Shown here one piece after another: positions 45,777 through 55,510 of a stretch of 64,000 nucleotides of DNA. Both the position numbers and the translations under genes were made by a program. Each line of letters begins with the position of its first letter. Within the stretch, counting starts at the first letter, position 1. The DNA comes from a virus: IMG/VR virus record IMGVR_UViG_3300020182_001907. The stretch is one strand, 5' to 3'. The notes beneath the pieces were generated by a model. The model worked only from the letters and a program-made list of their open reading frames with translations. It made no database searches and was not told the DNA's origin.

Positions 45777-48700
45777 TTAAAAGACGTACTTTAATCCTAA
45801 CTGGATACGACTTAAACTTCTGTAGTAGTTAATCGCTTGATTATCCACACGGTCTAAGCTCATGCCGTAAGCTGGACGATATTCATAACTGTATGAGCCG
45901 TCAGCGTTTGTGACTGGTACTGCTTCAGCTAAACTACGGGCTGAGTTGTTTGCTTTAGTCTGCTGTCCCCAATCTGAGTTCAACAAGTTAGGCAAGTTCT
46001 CAATATCAAGTGATACTAGGACCTTGTCTGCCTTGCGAAATCCTGGAAACTCTTGAGTAACTTTTAAGTCAACTCTGTAGTTCCAATCAGTTTCGAACTC
46101 GTTGATTGGTGCAAAGCCACCTGCATAACCTGCTAAACCAGCTGCTGCAATGTATGCGTTGTAATCAGCTGCAAAGTAATCAGGAATGATTACGTCTGTA
46201 CCTGAACCATTTGGTACATAAAATGCTGCTGTTTCATCACGAGCTGATTCTCTATCCAATCCCCATAACGCACCATCTTTATACTGACCAAGAGTATAGC
46301 TGAATGGTTCGCCACTTACAGCGCCAGCAATTAATGCAAAGCGTGTTGGTGAGTTTGGAATCCAGTTTGCAGTATAACCTGCAACAACACTAATTGTGTG
46401 TTCACGGCTGTATGGGCTTCTGTGCAATACGTCTGCATTGAAGTCTTCATACTTAGTGGTGTACTTGAAGTTACTGATGTTACGTGAGCTGCTTAAAGCA
46501 CCTACTGTTTCTACATCTTGCCAAGTGTAATTAGCGTATAAGTCAAAGCCATTATCAAAGGCCTTTGCAACACTAGCTGAGAACAAAAGACTTTCGCCTT
46601 TGTCTGTGTTAGTGAGTAACATGTCATAACCACGACCGTCAATGAATTTCTCCATTGCTTTACCACATACACTATAGTCTGCATAAATTGCTCTGCCATC
46701 TGGGCCTGTACCAATTTGAGTATTTGATACATAGTCACCAATTTCTGGACAATCTACAGCACCACCAAATGCAGGGTTGCCAATACGCAACTGCCGGAAG
46801 TGTAAGTCTTTGTCTACTTTGGTCATTAACAAGTCTGCTGTCATATCCCAACCATCACCAAAAGTCCAATCAGCGCCAATGCTTACTTTAAGTTCACGTG
46901 GCAATTCAAAGTTTGGATCCATGATGTCAGCATAACCAGGACGGAATCCAGGTTGACCAGGCTGATAAATGTACTGGTCAAATACTGATGTATCAAACCC
47001 ATCAAAGCCTGCTGCTGCTTCTAGTGGAACGTTTGCGTTTTGGATACCAATACCATCATTGCTGAAAGTACCACCCATCCACACGTTAGGACGTCCACCA
47101 GTAAAGTAACCTGCACCACCGCGGAATGTTACATCCTGGAAGAAAGCAAGGTCATCTGCTTGGAATGAAAAACTAACTCTAGGCAAGAATACATCTTTGC
47201 CGTCTAAGCTAGTAGCGTTACTGAAACCATAGTATTGTTCAATTTGAGGATTAGCCTTTGGTGCTTGATCCATAGAGATCTTTTCCCAACGTGCGCCAGC
47301 ATTAACAGTTAATCTGTCAGTAGCGTCCCAGGTATCCTGAATATAGAAACTGGTAGTTTCAATAGCAAAGGCAGCACTGCCATCAGCAGGGTCGCCACTT
47401 GGTGCATTACGATAGTCAATGTCGTAAGGAGTCTTGTTAGCAAAGTCTTCAATGCTTGCAAAAACTAACTCACCATCGCTGTATGCAACAAAGCCGTTAA
47501 AAACGTCTACTTCGTTGTAATGCACACCAGCAACAATTTCATGTTGGCCCAGCAAGTAACTTGCTTCCAATTCCATCTCTGTTGTGGTTGTACTGAGTGT
47601 GTTAAAGTGACGGAAAACGTCAGGACCCATTAATACTTGTGGGCCTCTGTTGCCTTCGCCTAGTTCAACAACTGCTCGCATAAAGTCTGCACCACCAACA
47701 CTGTCTTGTGCTGTATCAACTTCACGCTTACCATATCGTACACTTGTGCTTAACTTGTCATTCCAATCTGAAAAGATTTGAACGCTGTTAGCAGCAAGTT
47801 CAGATGTTTTGATGTAGTTACCTGAGGTAAGTGCTAACACAGTGTTTGAACCACCGTACTCGCTTACATCGTTATTGTCTGAAGTCTGGTGGGTAAAAGT
47901 TGCACGATGGAAATCTGAGATATTCCAATCCAACTTAACCAACAAATCTTCGTCTTCTAGCATGTTATCCATGCCGCTTGCGCTACCTGCATTATAACCA
48001 TAAACTGAATCAGCAATGGCAATAATTTCCTGTGCGTCAGCAAGTGACACGCCGTCTACTTCTCTAACGGCACCAGATCCAGCAGCACCAAAAACACCTG
48101 GCTCTTGCTTTTCAAATTTGTCATAGTTGACAAAGAAGAAAAGTTTGTCTTCCAGGATTGGACCACCGAATGTAAAACCAACAGTTTCTTCATCAAACTC
48201 ACCATTGGTGACTTCAGTGCCGTCAGTTTCATCACCTACAAAACTGTCGTTAGTCTTATAAGCATACACGCTACCAGAAAATTCATTTGTACCTGACTTA
48301 GTAACAACATTAATGTTACCAGCAGTTGAACCTGAATCTCTTACGTCATAGTCTACCACGCTCACAGTTACCTGATCAACGCTTTCCAATGCAATAGGCG
48401 AACGTACACCTGGGTAGCCGCCATACTCCAAACCGAAGTCATCTGATTGGCCAATACCGTCAACACTGAATGAGCTATAACGTGCGTTTTGTCCAGCGAT
48501 GCTGATACTTTCAGTATCGTCACCGTTGAAACTGATGCTGTAAACATTCACAAATGGTTGTGTTGCAACTGCATCTTTTAGGTCACGGCGAACACTAGCA
48601 ATATCATTAACTTGATCTGCTGTCATTACGCCGCTTGGACCAGCTTGCAGACCTTTGAGGTCTTGTCTGATCGCTGTTACTACTACTTCTTCCATACTGC

Positions 48701-49031
48701 GTTCTGGTGCAACGGTTAAACGTAAACGTTCTTCTTTACCCAAGTTCAAGAAGATACCTGATGCGGAACCCAGTGAATCACCTACAGTTGCAGCAACGTA
48801 GTAAGGACCGCCAACACGTAAATTACGTGCTACAAAGATACCTTGCTCGTTTGTTGTTTGTAGTGAAATTGAACCAGATGGTTCGTGTGTGATAACGACT
48901 TTAGCGCCGTCTACTACTGCACCCCCAGAGTCAACAACGACTCCACGAATAGCACTAGTTGTCTCCGAGGCAACCGAACCAACAGAAAATACTGCAAGTA
49001 CGATACCAAGGAGGAGTTTGCGAATATTCAT
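45777..49031 (-). CDS. TonB-dependent outer-membrane receptor (Oar-like, carboxypeptidase-regulatory N-domain)
   Basis: Signal peptide, NLRVGGPY, TonB box EEVVVTA, INVVTKSGTNEFSGS, PRVSFSF, terminal LGLKYVF. Confidence 0.92.
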   Translation of the reverse strand: MNIRKLLLGIVLAVFSVGSVASETTSAIRGVVVDSGGAVVDGAKVVITHEPSGSISLQTTNEQGIFVARNLRVGGPYYVAATVGDSLGSASGIFLNLGKEERLRLTVAPERSMEEVVVTAIRQDLKGLQAGPSGVMTADQVNDIASVRRDLKDAVATQPFVNVYSISFNGDDTESISIAGQNARYSSFSVDGIGQSDDFGLEYGGYPGVRSPIALESVDQVTVSVVDYDVRDSGSTAGNINVVTKSGTNEFSGSVYAYKTNDSFVGDETDGTEVTNGEFDEETVGFTFGGPILEDKLFFFVNYDKFEKQEPGVFGAAGSGAVREVDGVSLADAQEIIAIADSVYGYNAGSASGMDNMLEDEDLLVKLDWNISDFHRATFTHQTSDNNDVSEYGGSNTVLALTSGNYIKTSELAANSVQIFSDWNDKLSTSVRYGKREVDTAQDSVGGADFMRAVVELGEGNRGPQVLMGPDVFRHFNTLSTTTTEMELEASYLLGQHEIVAGVHYNEVDVFNGFVAYSDGELVFASIEDFANKTPYDIDYRNAPSGDPADGSAAFAIETTSFYIQDTWDATDRLTVNAGARWEKISMDQAPKANPQIEQYYGFSNATSLDGKDVFLPRVSFSFQADDLAFFQDVTFRGGAGYFTGGRPNVWMGGTFSNDGIGIQNANVPLEAAAGFDGFDTSVFDQYIYQPGQPGFRPGYADIMDPNFELPRELKVSIGADWTFGDGWDMTADLLMTKVDKDLHFRQLRIGNPAFGGAVDCPEIGDYVSNTQIGTGPDGRAIYADYSVCGKAMEKFIDGRGYDMLLTNTDKGESLLFSASVAKAFDNGFDLYANYTWQDVETVGALSSSRNISNFKYTTKYEDFNADVLHRSPYSREHTISVVAGYTANWIPNSPTRFALIAGAVSGEPFSYTLGQYKDGALWGLDRESARDETAAFYVPNGSGTDVIIPDYFAADYNAYIAAAGLAGYAGGFAPINEFETDWNYRVDLKVTQEFPGFRKADKVLVSLDIENLPNLLNSDWGQQTKANNSARSLAEAVPVTNADGSYSYEYRPAYGMSLDRVDNQAINYYRSLSRIQLGLKYVF

Positions 49032-49092
49032 ATGTAACTCCTTACTTTTCTTCGCTGTTTGTGAATGACCTTAAATCAGCATCATCGTGTTA

Positions 49093-49164
49093 ATTATACA
49101 CACTTAAAGTAAAAAGTCAAGTTTATTGAACAAAAATGTAAGAACTATGTAAACTTAAAGTAGT
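49093..49164 (-). promoter_or_regulatory. Promoter with 11-bp-periodic upstream repeats
   Basis: TTGACT-N16-TATAAT; TTACAT repeats at 49136 and 49147. Confidence 0.55.
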
Positions 49165-49171
49165 TTCTAGA

Positions 49172-50011
49172 TTAATCAAACCATAAACAATTTATTTCAG
49201 TCTCTATACTTGATCTAGGCGTATCTTGCCTGCCAGGAAATAAAAAAGATGAATGCGGTGTAAACCAGCGTTTAGTTTTAAGCAAAGATGAATCATATAA
49301 TCTAAATAACACAACTTCGTCATAGGTCATTTCTGAATAATAATACCAATTATGTGTTATTTCTGGTTTTTTTGAAAAGAGTAACATATGATGTGAGTAG
49401 TTAGGATCATTGTTAGCCTCGATATATTTTTTCACTAAATGATCTGGTACTTTGTAATTAATCATTTCCAAAGGATGTATACTCGTGGGATCACACCAAG
49501 CCATTTGACTACAAGGATTAGTTTCTCCTGTATTACGCCAGGCCTTGAACATTGCCCAACGTTTAATTGTTGGACTAGGATCGTGGATTTTTTTACTAGC
49601 ATGCCCTATAAAACTGGGGATGTTGGAAAAATCCAAGTGTTTAAATTTATAGCCTAAAATTTCAAAAGCATTTGATGTGAGATCGTTATGAGCAAATACA
49701 GCAGGAGGTAAGTCTTCTTCTTGATCAGTGGATCTAAATCTAGATTTATTTACTAATACACAATCTGCATCAGTTTTTTCCAGACCCAACTTAGCTAATT
49801 TGTAATGGTATCTATGTAGGTCATTACTATCGGGCCCGAGTGTTGGGGTAAGCTTACCAAGTTCGTCGATGTTATGAGGGATAAGCTCAAATCCTAAGGA
49901 TTGGAGACCTGGTAGTTTAATGGTTCTAGCATTCATTATTTCAACAGGGAAGTCTTTGTACTCCTCAGGGGTAGGAGATCTATATACACGGTATTGAATA
50001 GTAGTTTTCAT
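49172..50011 (-). CDS. CmcJ/NvfI/AsaB-family 2OG-Fe(II) oxygenase
   Basis: AHND, AWRN, WYYYSEMTYDEVVLFRLYDS, TPHSSF, PRSSIE. Confidence 0.75.
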   Translation of the reverse strand: MKTTIQYRVYRSPTPEEYKDFPVEIMNARTIKLPGLQSLGFELIPHNIDELGKLTPTLGPDSNDLHRYHYKLAKLGLEKTDADCVLVNKSRFRSTDQEEDLPPAVFAHNDLTSNAFEILGYKFKHLDFSNIPSFIGHASKKIHDPSPTIKRWAMFKAWRNTGETNPCSQMAWCDPTSIHPLEMINYKVPDHLVKKYIEANNDPNYSHHMLLFSKKPEITHNWYYYSEMTYDEVVLFRLYDSSLLKTKRWFTPHSSFLFPGRQDTPRSSIETEINCLWFD

Positions 50012-50619
50012 TTAAGTTTCTTAAGAACCAATACACTGCCTGCACTGTCTACTTCCTGCCCTTTACCGCCATCAACTAATTCCTGACACGCAGTGGTTAC
50101 GCCAGGACAATGGTTAATCTGATTACGATGTTTTAATCCGTCGTTAGGCACAGCATCATGGAATACACATAATCCTCCAATGTCTAAACTGTCCCAGTGA
50201 GTGTCAATATCTCGCTTAACTCCTTCGTAGGAATGGTCACCATCAATAAATAATAATCCTAAATTACCTGTTGTTATGTTTTTAGCATCATCTTTAATCA
50301 GTTTTAAACTCTTGGAAAACTCAGGATCTGAGAAATATTTTTCTGATGTCTGGTGATGGGCTGGCGCAATGTCAACACTAATCACAGGCCTGTCAGCCCC
50401 AGCGGCCGCTACAATTAACACAGTGCTACCACCATGGCGTCTGCCAATTTCCAGTATAGTACCTGAAGTAGCTTTAATAGATCGCCACAGGCATTCTGCC
50501 TCATCAAAGTTCAGACGTACGATACCTCTGTCATTGTTGTTGTTATAGGGGGTGTCTTTATATCCATGTAAGAATTTCATTTCTGAAACACTATTGAATT
50601 TTGTTTGTAATGTAATCAA
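50008..50619 (-). CDS. Class I SAM methyltransferase (Methyltransf_24-like)
   Basis: LEIGRRHGGST, SVDI, LFIDGDHSYEGVKRD, GGLCVFHD. Confidence 0.85.
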   Translation of the reverse strand: MITLQTKFNSVSEMKFLHGYKDTPYNNNNDRGIVRLNFDEAECLWRSIKATSGTILEIGRRHGGSTVLIVAAAGADRPVISVDIAPAHHQTSEKYFSDPEFSKSLKLIKDDAKNITTGNLGLLFIDGDHSYEGVKRDIDTHWDSLDIGGLCVFHDAVPNDGLKHRNQINHCPGVTTACQELVDGGKGQEVDSAGSVLVLKKLK

Positions 50620-50657
50620 GTGTACTCCTATTAATTTTATTAAGTTGTCTGTTTCTT

Positions 50658-51248
50658 TTACCGCAGATTACTCTTTGTTATACTATTATTTTTTAATGCG
50701 TTTTCCATGCATACCTTACTGTTGTGTCTTACATCTCCATCAAATAAAAATTGTTGTAATTTATCTAACTTAGTTAAATTAATATTAATCATATCATTAA
50801 ATGATAAGTTAAAAGTATTTTCTGTGCCCTGCCAGCCTGCAACTCCGTTACGAAGTTTAGCCAAATTATCGATGGGGAACGCTGCTTCGCTTAAATCTTG
50901 CCTTTTTGTTTGCTCCCTCATTCTGTTCAGTGATTCAATACATTCTTGTTTGTCCCTTGTTAACAGAATTTTTTTAAAATCTTTTAATGATTTTTCTGTT
51001 ATAGGATTATATTCAATGTGCCCTTGAGAAAAATAATTATCAGTTATTAATGATGCAGTGCGTGTTATTGGCCGATACACCGCCTTATCCGGTCCATACA
51101 GTTTTTCTTTATGAATATTGCGTGGATTAAATTTTACAAAACCTGTCGATGTAAAATGCATCCAGCTAGGATTTATTTTTAATTCAGAAAGCAAGTTTAC
51201 GCATAAGTAAGTTCCTGATTTAGGTTGGCTAATAATAACATATTTCAT
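50658..51248 (-). CDS. Sulfotransferase-like protein
   Basis: ISQPKSGTYL (PAPS loop), LTRD...S. Confidence 0.6.
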   Translation of the reverse strand: MKYVIISQPKSGTYLCVNLLSELKINPSWMHFTSTGFVKFNPRNIHKEKLYGPDKAVYRPITRTASLITDNYFSQGHIEYNPITEKSLKDFKKILLTRDKQECIESLNRMREQTKRQDLSEAAFPIDNLAKLRNGVAGWQGTENTFNLSFNDMININLTKLDKLQQFLFDGDVRHNSKVCMENALKNNSITKSNLR

Positions 51249-51249
51249 T

Positions 51250-52254
51250 TTAATTTAACCAACCTAATAAACAGTTACAGTCTATGCTTGTTCTATGTGG
51301 TAATCCTTTTTCTTTAAGACGAAATCCAGTGTGTATACTTGCCCAGGATTTGTTTTGATAAAACTTTTGGCTGTCCCAAATATTAAATAAGATTAATTCA
51401 TCAGGTTGTAGGTTGGGATAATAATAATACTTTCCAATAAGTTGAGTACAATCTCTATGTATTGTTAATGTTTGATAGTTTGAATCCTCAAATATTTTTC
51501 TCACCTCACAAGTTTTAAGTACATCAATATTACCTGAGCCTTCTAGCATGAATTGGTTATCAGGATGTTCAGGCCCTAAGTTTCTCCAGCTGTTATAGCA
51601 TGCTGTTCTAACTGTACTCCAATCGGCATCAGCAAGTGATTGTTTGTTTATACCAGGAGCAAATCTTACTGTATAATCCTTATGCAGGATTGAATTCGGA
51701 TTGATTACTCTGTTAAGCCATAGTCGACTAGTGTTAAACCTACGTGTAGATTTTTCCAGTTTTGAATGTGTTAAACCTACACTGTGCAATATTAGAGCTT
51801 TTATATATGGCTCCATTGCGGAATGATAATCATTGTGCAGTGACGAGGCTACAGTACATTGGTTTTTTACTGTACGTAGGCGATAAGCAGCAGGGCTAGG
51901 CCCTGGGATGTTTTCTTGTAAATTAAAATGCTTACCCGTCTCGGAGAGATTGACATTCTCGGAGCGCTCCCCTGAGGGCAGATGATTACTTGAACGTATC
52001 CTATGACTATGACATAACACTATGTCTGGTTTAAATGTATCCATCATTATATCAGCTAGTTCATTATAATAGACTTCAGCTATTTTTTCAGAGTTAGTTA
52101 TAATCCTGCTATTGTCTCTAGAAGTAAAAACTTTTGATTTATGATTTAATAAAGTAAGGTTATTACTGCCAAAATTAATATCTGCTTCCCTTGCATTATG
52201 AATGTCAATGTCGATAATGCCATCATGGAGATTGATCTCACCAGTGATTTTCAT
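51250..52254 (-). CDS. CmcJ/NvfI-family oxygenase paralog
   Basis: LHND, SWRN, YYYYPNLQPDELILFNIWDS, SIHTGF, RTSID. Confidence 0.7.
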   Translation of the reverse strand: MKITGEINLHDGIIDIDIHNAREADINFGSNNLTLLNHKSKVFTSRDNSRIITNSEKIAEVYYNELADIMMDTFKPDIVLCHSHRIRSSNHLPSGERSENVNLSETGKHFNLQENIPGPSPAAYRLRTVKNQCTVASSLHNDYHSAMEPYIKALILHSVGLTHSKLEKSTRRFNTSRLWLNRVINPNSILHKDYTVRFAPGINKQSLADADWSTVRTACYNSWRNLGPEHPDNQFMLEGSGNIDVLKTCEVRKIFEDSNYQTLTIHRDCTQLIGKYYYYPNLQPDELILFNIWDSQKFYQNKSWASIHTGFRLKEKGLPHRTSIDCNCLLGWLN

Positions 52255-52730
52255 TTATTTTTATATTTTTCAGTAAGTTCTTTGTTACGTGCAACATAAT
52301 CTTCTAGATCCGTATCACCATCTCCGTCAGCGTCGGATGTTGTGGTTGCCTGTCTGTAATAAAGGATTACATCTTTGCTTTGCAATATGTAACGTTTGAT
52401 CTCTTGTAAATTAGCAGCCATTGCTTCATAGTCTTGAGGAATAAGAGCGAAAACCACAAAGCCACCGTCCAGTATTTTCTCTACCTTCTTGATCTGTTCA
52501 TCTAGGTTATTACGATTAATCACAAAAAACTCTACGTCTTGCATTTGTATTTCTTGTGGGAGTGGAGGTTGATAAATTTCTACAGCAACCTGTTCGGTTA
52601 CTATTTTTACTTCAGGAATAGGTGGGGGTAATTTGTCCTTACCTTTAAAAAGACCCCCTATTCCAAATGAAGCGCAACTACTTAGTAGTAGAGTCGCTGT
52701 CAGTATCGCTAGTGTCTGTGTTATCCGCAT
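52251..52730 (-). CDS. Outer-membrane spanin-like lipoprotein (Rz1-like)
   Basis: Start MRITQ, lipobox LSSC, Pro-rich; overlaps the 3' end of the i-spanin candidate. Confidence 0.65.
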   Translation of the reverse strand: MRITQTLAILTATLLLSSCASFGIGGLFKGKDKLPPPIPEVKIVTEQVAVEIYQPPLPQEIQMQDVEFFVINRNNLDEQIKKVEKILDGGFVVFALIPQDYEAMAANLQEIKRYILQSKDVILYYRQATTTSDADGDGDTDLEDYVARNKELTEKYKNK

Positions 52731-53136
52731 TTTGTACCTCTTTGCTGGCTTGCTCAACGCTTCTGAACACTTCAGCTGTGCTTTTGTTAGCACGTGGTTC
52801 AATTAGTCCAGGCTTTGCTCTGGCAAGTTTTGTTAGGTTGTGTCGTTTAAATATACTCAAGTATGCATCACGTTCTGCTGCAATTGCATTTGATTTTGCA
52901 CTAAGCTCACTGATAGCAACATTTTGTGCTTGTGCTTTTTGGCTTAGGCTTTGTATTGTGTTTAAGTTTTCTGCTTGTGCTACTTCAAGTGCTGCCGCTT
53001 TCTTTTGTTCCACTTGTAGTTTGTAACCCAGATCATCAATTTGATCTTGCTTTGCATTAATAGTAGTGTAATGATAAAACCAGGCGGCACCTGCTACTAA
53101 AATTAGTACTGGTAATAGTTTTAAGAATCCGAACAT
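52678..53136 (-). CDS. Inner-membrane spanin-like protein (Rz-like)
   Basis: N-terminal TM helix followed by a long coiled coil. Confidence 0.65.
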   Translation of the reverse strand: MFGFLKLLPVLILVAGAAWFYHYTTINAKQDQIDDLGYKLQVEQKKAAALEVAQAENLNTIQSLSQKAQAQNVAISELSAKSNAIAAERDAYLSIFKRHNLTKLARAKPGLIEPRANKSTAEVFRSVEQASKEVQNADNTDTSDTDSDSTTK

Positions 53137-53879
53137 AATCGTGTTACTAACACCTGTTGCTGGGTTGGGTGGAAAACCACAATGTAATCATCTATGGGTA
53201 CTGCTCTCATTTCTCCTAACATTTTATTAAATGTTCTCATAACGCTATCTAGAGGTTTTAAAGCACTTTCTGAAATGCCTATGTCTTGCATTATTTCTTT
53301 TTCACCAAATCCACTAATAGTTAATTGTGCTGTATTTTGTCCTTTTGTCATTGTTATTGTATTTTCGTTAATTACAACCGTATCTAATAATGATTTACCT
53401 AAAAATTCTAAAATATCCTGGTTTTTTTGGTTCATTTGTTCTTCTGCTTGTTGCTTATCCATATCTTCCCGTGTTTTATAATCAGCCGGATCTGTTATTA
53501 GAGCAGCCTTAAATTCGTCACTGCCTAACGGACTGTAATCATCTGTTAAGTGTGTCTTTACTTCCCAATTAAGTTCGCCAGCAACATTGGAAATATCGTT
53601 GGTTAACTGTTTTATGTTATTGTATGTATTTTCGTTACGATCAAGTTCTACAAATACCATAAAGTAACCATCCTCATTTGGATTTGGAGTTACTTCAACG
53701 TCACGGAACTCTACTATGCCATTATTAATAAATGAGTAAAGATCTTTGCCAACTAATTCTTCGGAAACATAATATCCAACTACTACTACATCTTTGCTTT
53801 CGCCAGTTTTTGGTTCAAATTCATCAACTGAAACTTTTTTTAGGACAGTGTCTTTTAAATCTCCTTCATATAATCCCAT
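53121..53879 (-). CDS. Hypothetical phage protein
   Basis: 252 aa acidic ORF, coupled to neighbours. Confidence 0.6.
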   Translation of the reverse strand: MGLYEGDLKDTVLKKVSVDEFEPKTGESKDVVVVGYYVSEELVGKDLYSFINNGIVEFRDVEVTPNPNEDGYFMVFVELDRNENTYNNIKQLTNDISNVAGELNWEVKTHLTDDYSPLGSDEFKAALITDPADYKTREDMDKQQAEEQMNQKNQDILEFLGKSLLDTVVINENTITMTKGQNTAQLTISGFGEKEIMQDIGISESALKPLDSVMRTFNKMLGEMRAVPIDDYIVVFHPTQQQVLVTRLCSDS

Positions 53880-54409
53880 TATACTTGTCCTCCTGACAGC
53901 TGCTCTTCGTTCTCAGCCTGTTGCTCGGCATTTAAACTTTCTGTGTCAACATAGTTATTCTCTTCTGATTGCACTATCTCTGTGGTGAATTCATCCACAT
54001 ATCTACGAGGCATCTTGATTTCTACTACCCAAACTGGTTCAGTTTTAGTTTTTGCTTTATGTCTAACCCTGCCGTCAGTACTAATGTCAGTGGTAATATC
54101 GTCAAATGTTTTTACTTTGACAGGTGAAAGTAAATCATCTTTGTAATATTTAACCAAACAATTTCTAGCAAATAATCTTTTTGCACCAGCTGGATCAGGC
54201 ATTTCTGATTGTTTGTAAAGTAATTTTACGCCGACATAATGTCTATCTAGGGTAGGTCCTTCAAGCACTTCGCCTTTGCTCCAGTTTTTATAAGCATAAA
54301 GGTCAATATTATCCAGTGTTTTTTCAAATTCCAATAGCATATCCAATAATGTATTAGTTTCAGATATCTTTTTGATCTGGTCGTTTAACAATTTTACAGA
54401 TATAGTCAT
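53879..54409 (-). CDS. Hypothetical phage protein
   Basis: 176 aa, GGAG RBS, GATAAATA upstream. Confidence 0.6.
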   Translation of the reverse strand: MTISVKLLNDQIKKISETNTLLDMLLEFEKTLDNIDLYAYKNWSKGEVLEGPTLDRHYVGVKLLYKQSEMPDPAGAKRLFARNCLVKYYKDDLLSPVKVKTFDDITTDISTDGRVRHKAKTKTEPVWVVEIKMPRRYVDEFTTEIVQSEENNYVDTESLNAEQQAENEEQLSGGQV

Positions 54410-54429
54410 ATCATGTCTCCGAATTACAA

Positions 54430-55035
54430 CTATTTATCTGATTCGTCAACGAAAGGCAAAGATTCTGTAGGCTGTACAGGAATCAATAATCCTGCTTCAT
54501 TTAATCTGTTAAAAACAACATCCCAACTTTCCTGAACCATAATTTTAAGAATTAATCTATGATTAGGATCTGGTTTAACAGTATGCCAAATTTTCTCTAC
54601 ATTGACAAATAGTGCTTCAAAGGGATATTTATGTTGTATTCTGTCTTTCCCTAACCATATTATAGGCACTGTATCCTGTAAATTTAAATTGATTGTCACT
54701 CCTGAATTCTGGTCGTCTATGTGCCAACCTAGGCAGGTATTAGGAAATTGATAATTAAACCTAGGATAAGTCTCTAATCCTTGTAGGTTTAAATCTTTTG
54801 AAACCTTGTCAACTTCATTTTTCATATCTGTGCCTTCAAAACACATCATATGAAAGTAATATAATTCTCTCTTTGTTTGGCAACTCCAGTGCCAAAATTG
54901 ATCGTGCCTACAAGGATCGTTATTTACTCCAGGTCTTATATTATCATAAAAGACATCTTGGTAATATTTTTTGTCTATTTCATAATCTAAGGCCCAGGGC
55001 CTTGTTACATCATCTACATCTAGCTGATAATCCAT
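54430..55035 (-). CDS. Putative Fe(II) jelly-roll protein
   Basis: GWHID...WHTV...HRLI pattern. Confidence 0.5.
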   Translation of the reverse strand: MDYQLDVDDVTRPWALDYEIDKKYYQDVFYDNIRPGVNNDPCRHDQFWHWSCQTKRELYYFHMMCFEGTDMKNEVDKVSKDLNLQGLETYPRFNYQFPNTCLGWHIDDQNSGVTINLNLQDTVPIIWLGKDRIQHKYPFEALFVNVEKIWHTVKPDPNHRLILKIMVQESWDVVFNRLNEAGLLIPVQPTESLPFVDESDK

Positions 55036-55081
55036 AAATAATATTTTCCTATTTCGCTTATTTACTTTTCAGTATTTACAC

Positions 55082-55510
55082 TTACTTACTTAAATGATCT
55101 CCGTGCGCAATAGTTTTAATGTTGTGGCAAGTGGGACATAATGTTTGCAAATTTTTAGGGTCATTATTGTCATGATTACCGTCTATGTGATCTACTGTTA
55201 GCACACTTCGGATTGCAGCATTTTGTACTTTTTTATCAGTTATGCTCTTAATCCAGCGATGCCGCAAAGGGTCAAAACCACAACAGTCACAGGAATCATT
55301 TCTACTAAAACTGTATGTTTTACGCCCTGTAGCAAGACCACCGTATTCACTTAAACTGCGCTGATGGGATCTACAATACTTGTCACTGCCTGGTCCCTGG
55401 TAGGGTGTGAGAACCTTCCCACACCCTTCAACAGTACAACGTTCAGTTCTAGCTTTTTTAAGTAAAACCCCTTCTTTTAATTTATCAAACTCTGCTTCAC
55501 GGAATGCCAT
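55082..55510 (-). CDS. HNH endonuclease
   Basis: CDCCG...LTVDHIDGNHDNNDPKNLQTLCPTCHNIKT. Confidence 0.9.
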   Translation of the reverse strand: MAFREAEFDKLKEGVLLKKARTERCTVEGCGKVLTPYQGPGSDKYCRSHQRSLSEYGGLATGRKTYSFSRNDSCDCCGFDPLRHRWIKSITDKKVQNAAIRSVLTVDHIDGNHDNNDPKNLQTLCPTCHNIKTIAHGDHLSK

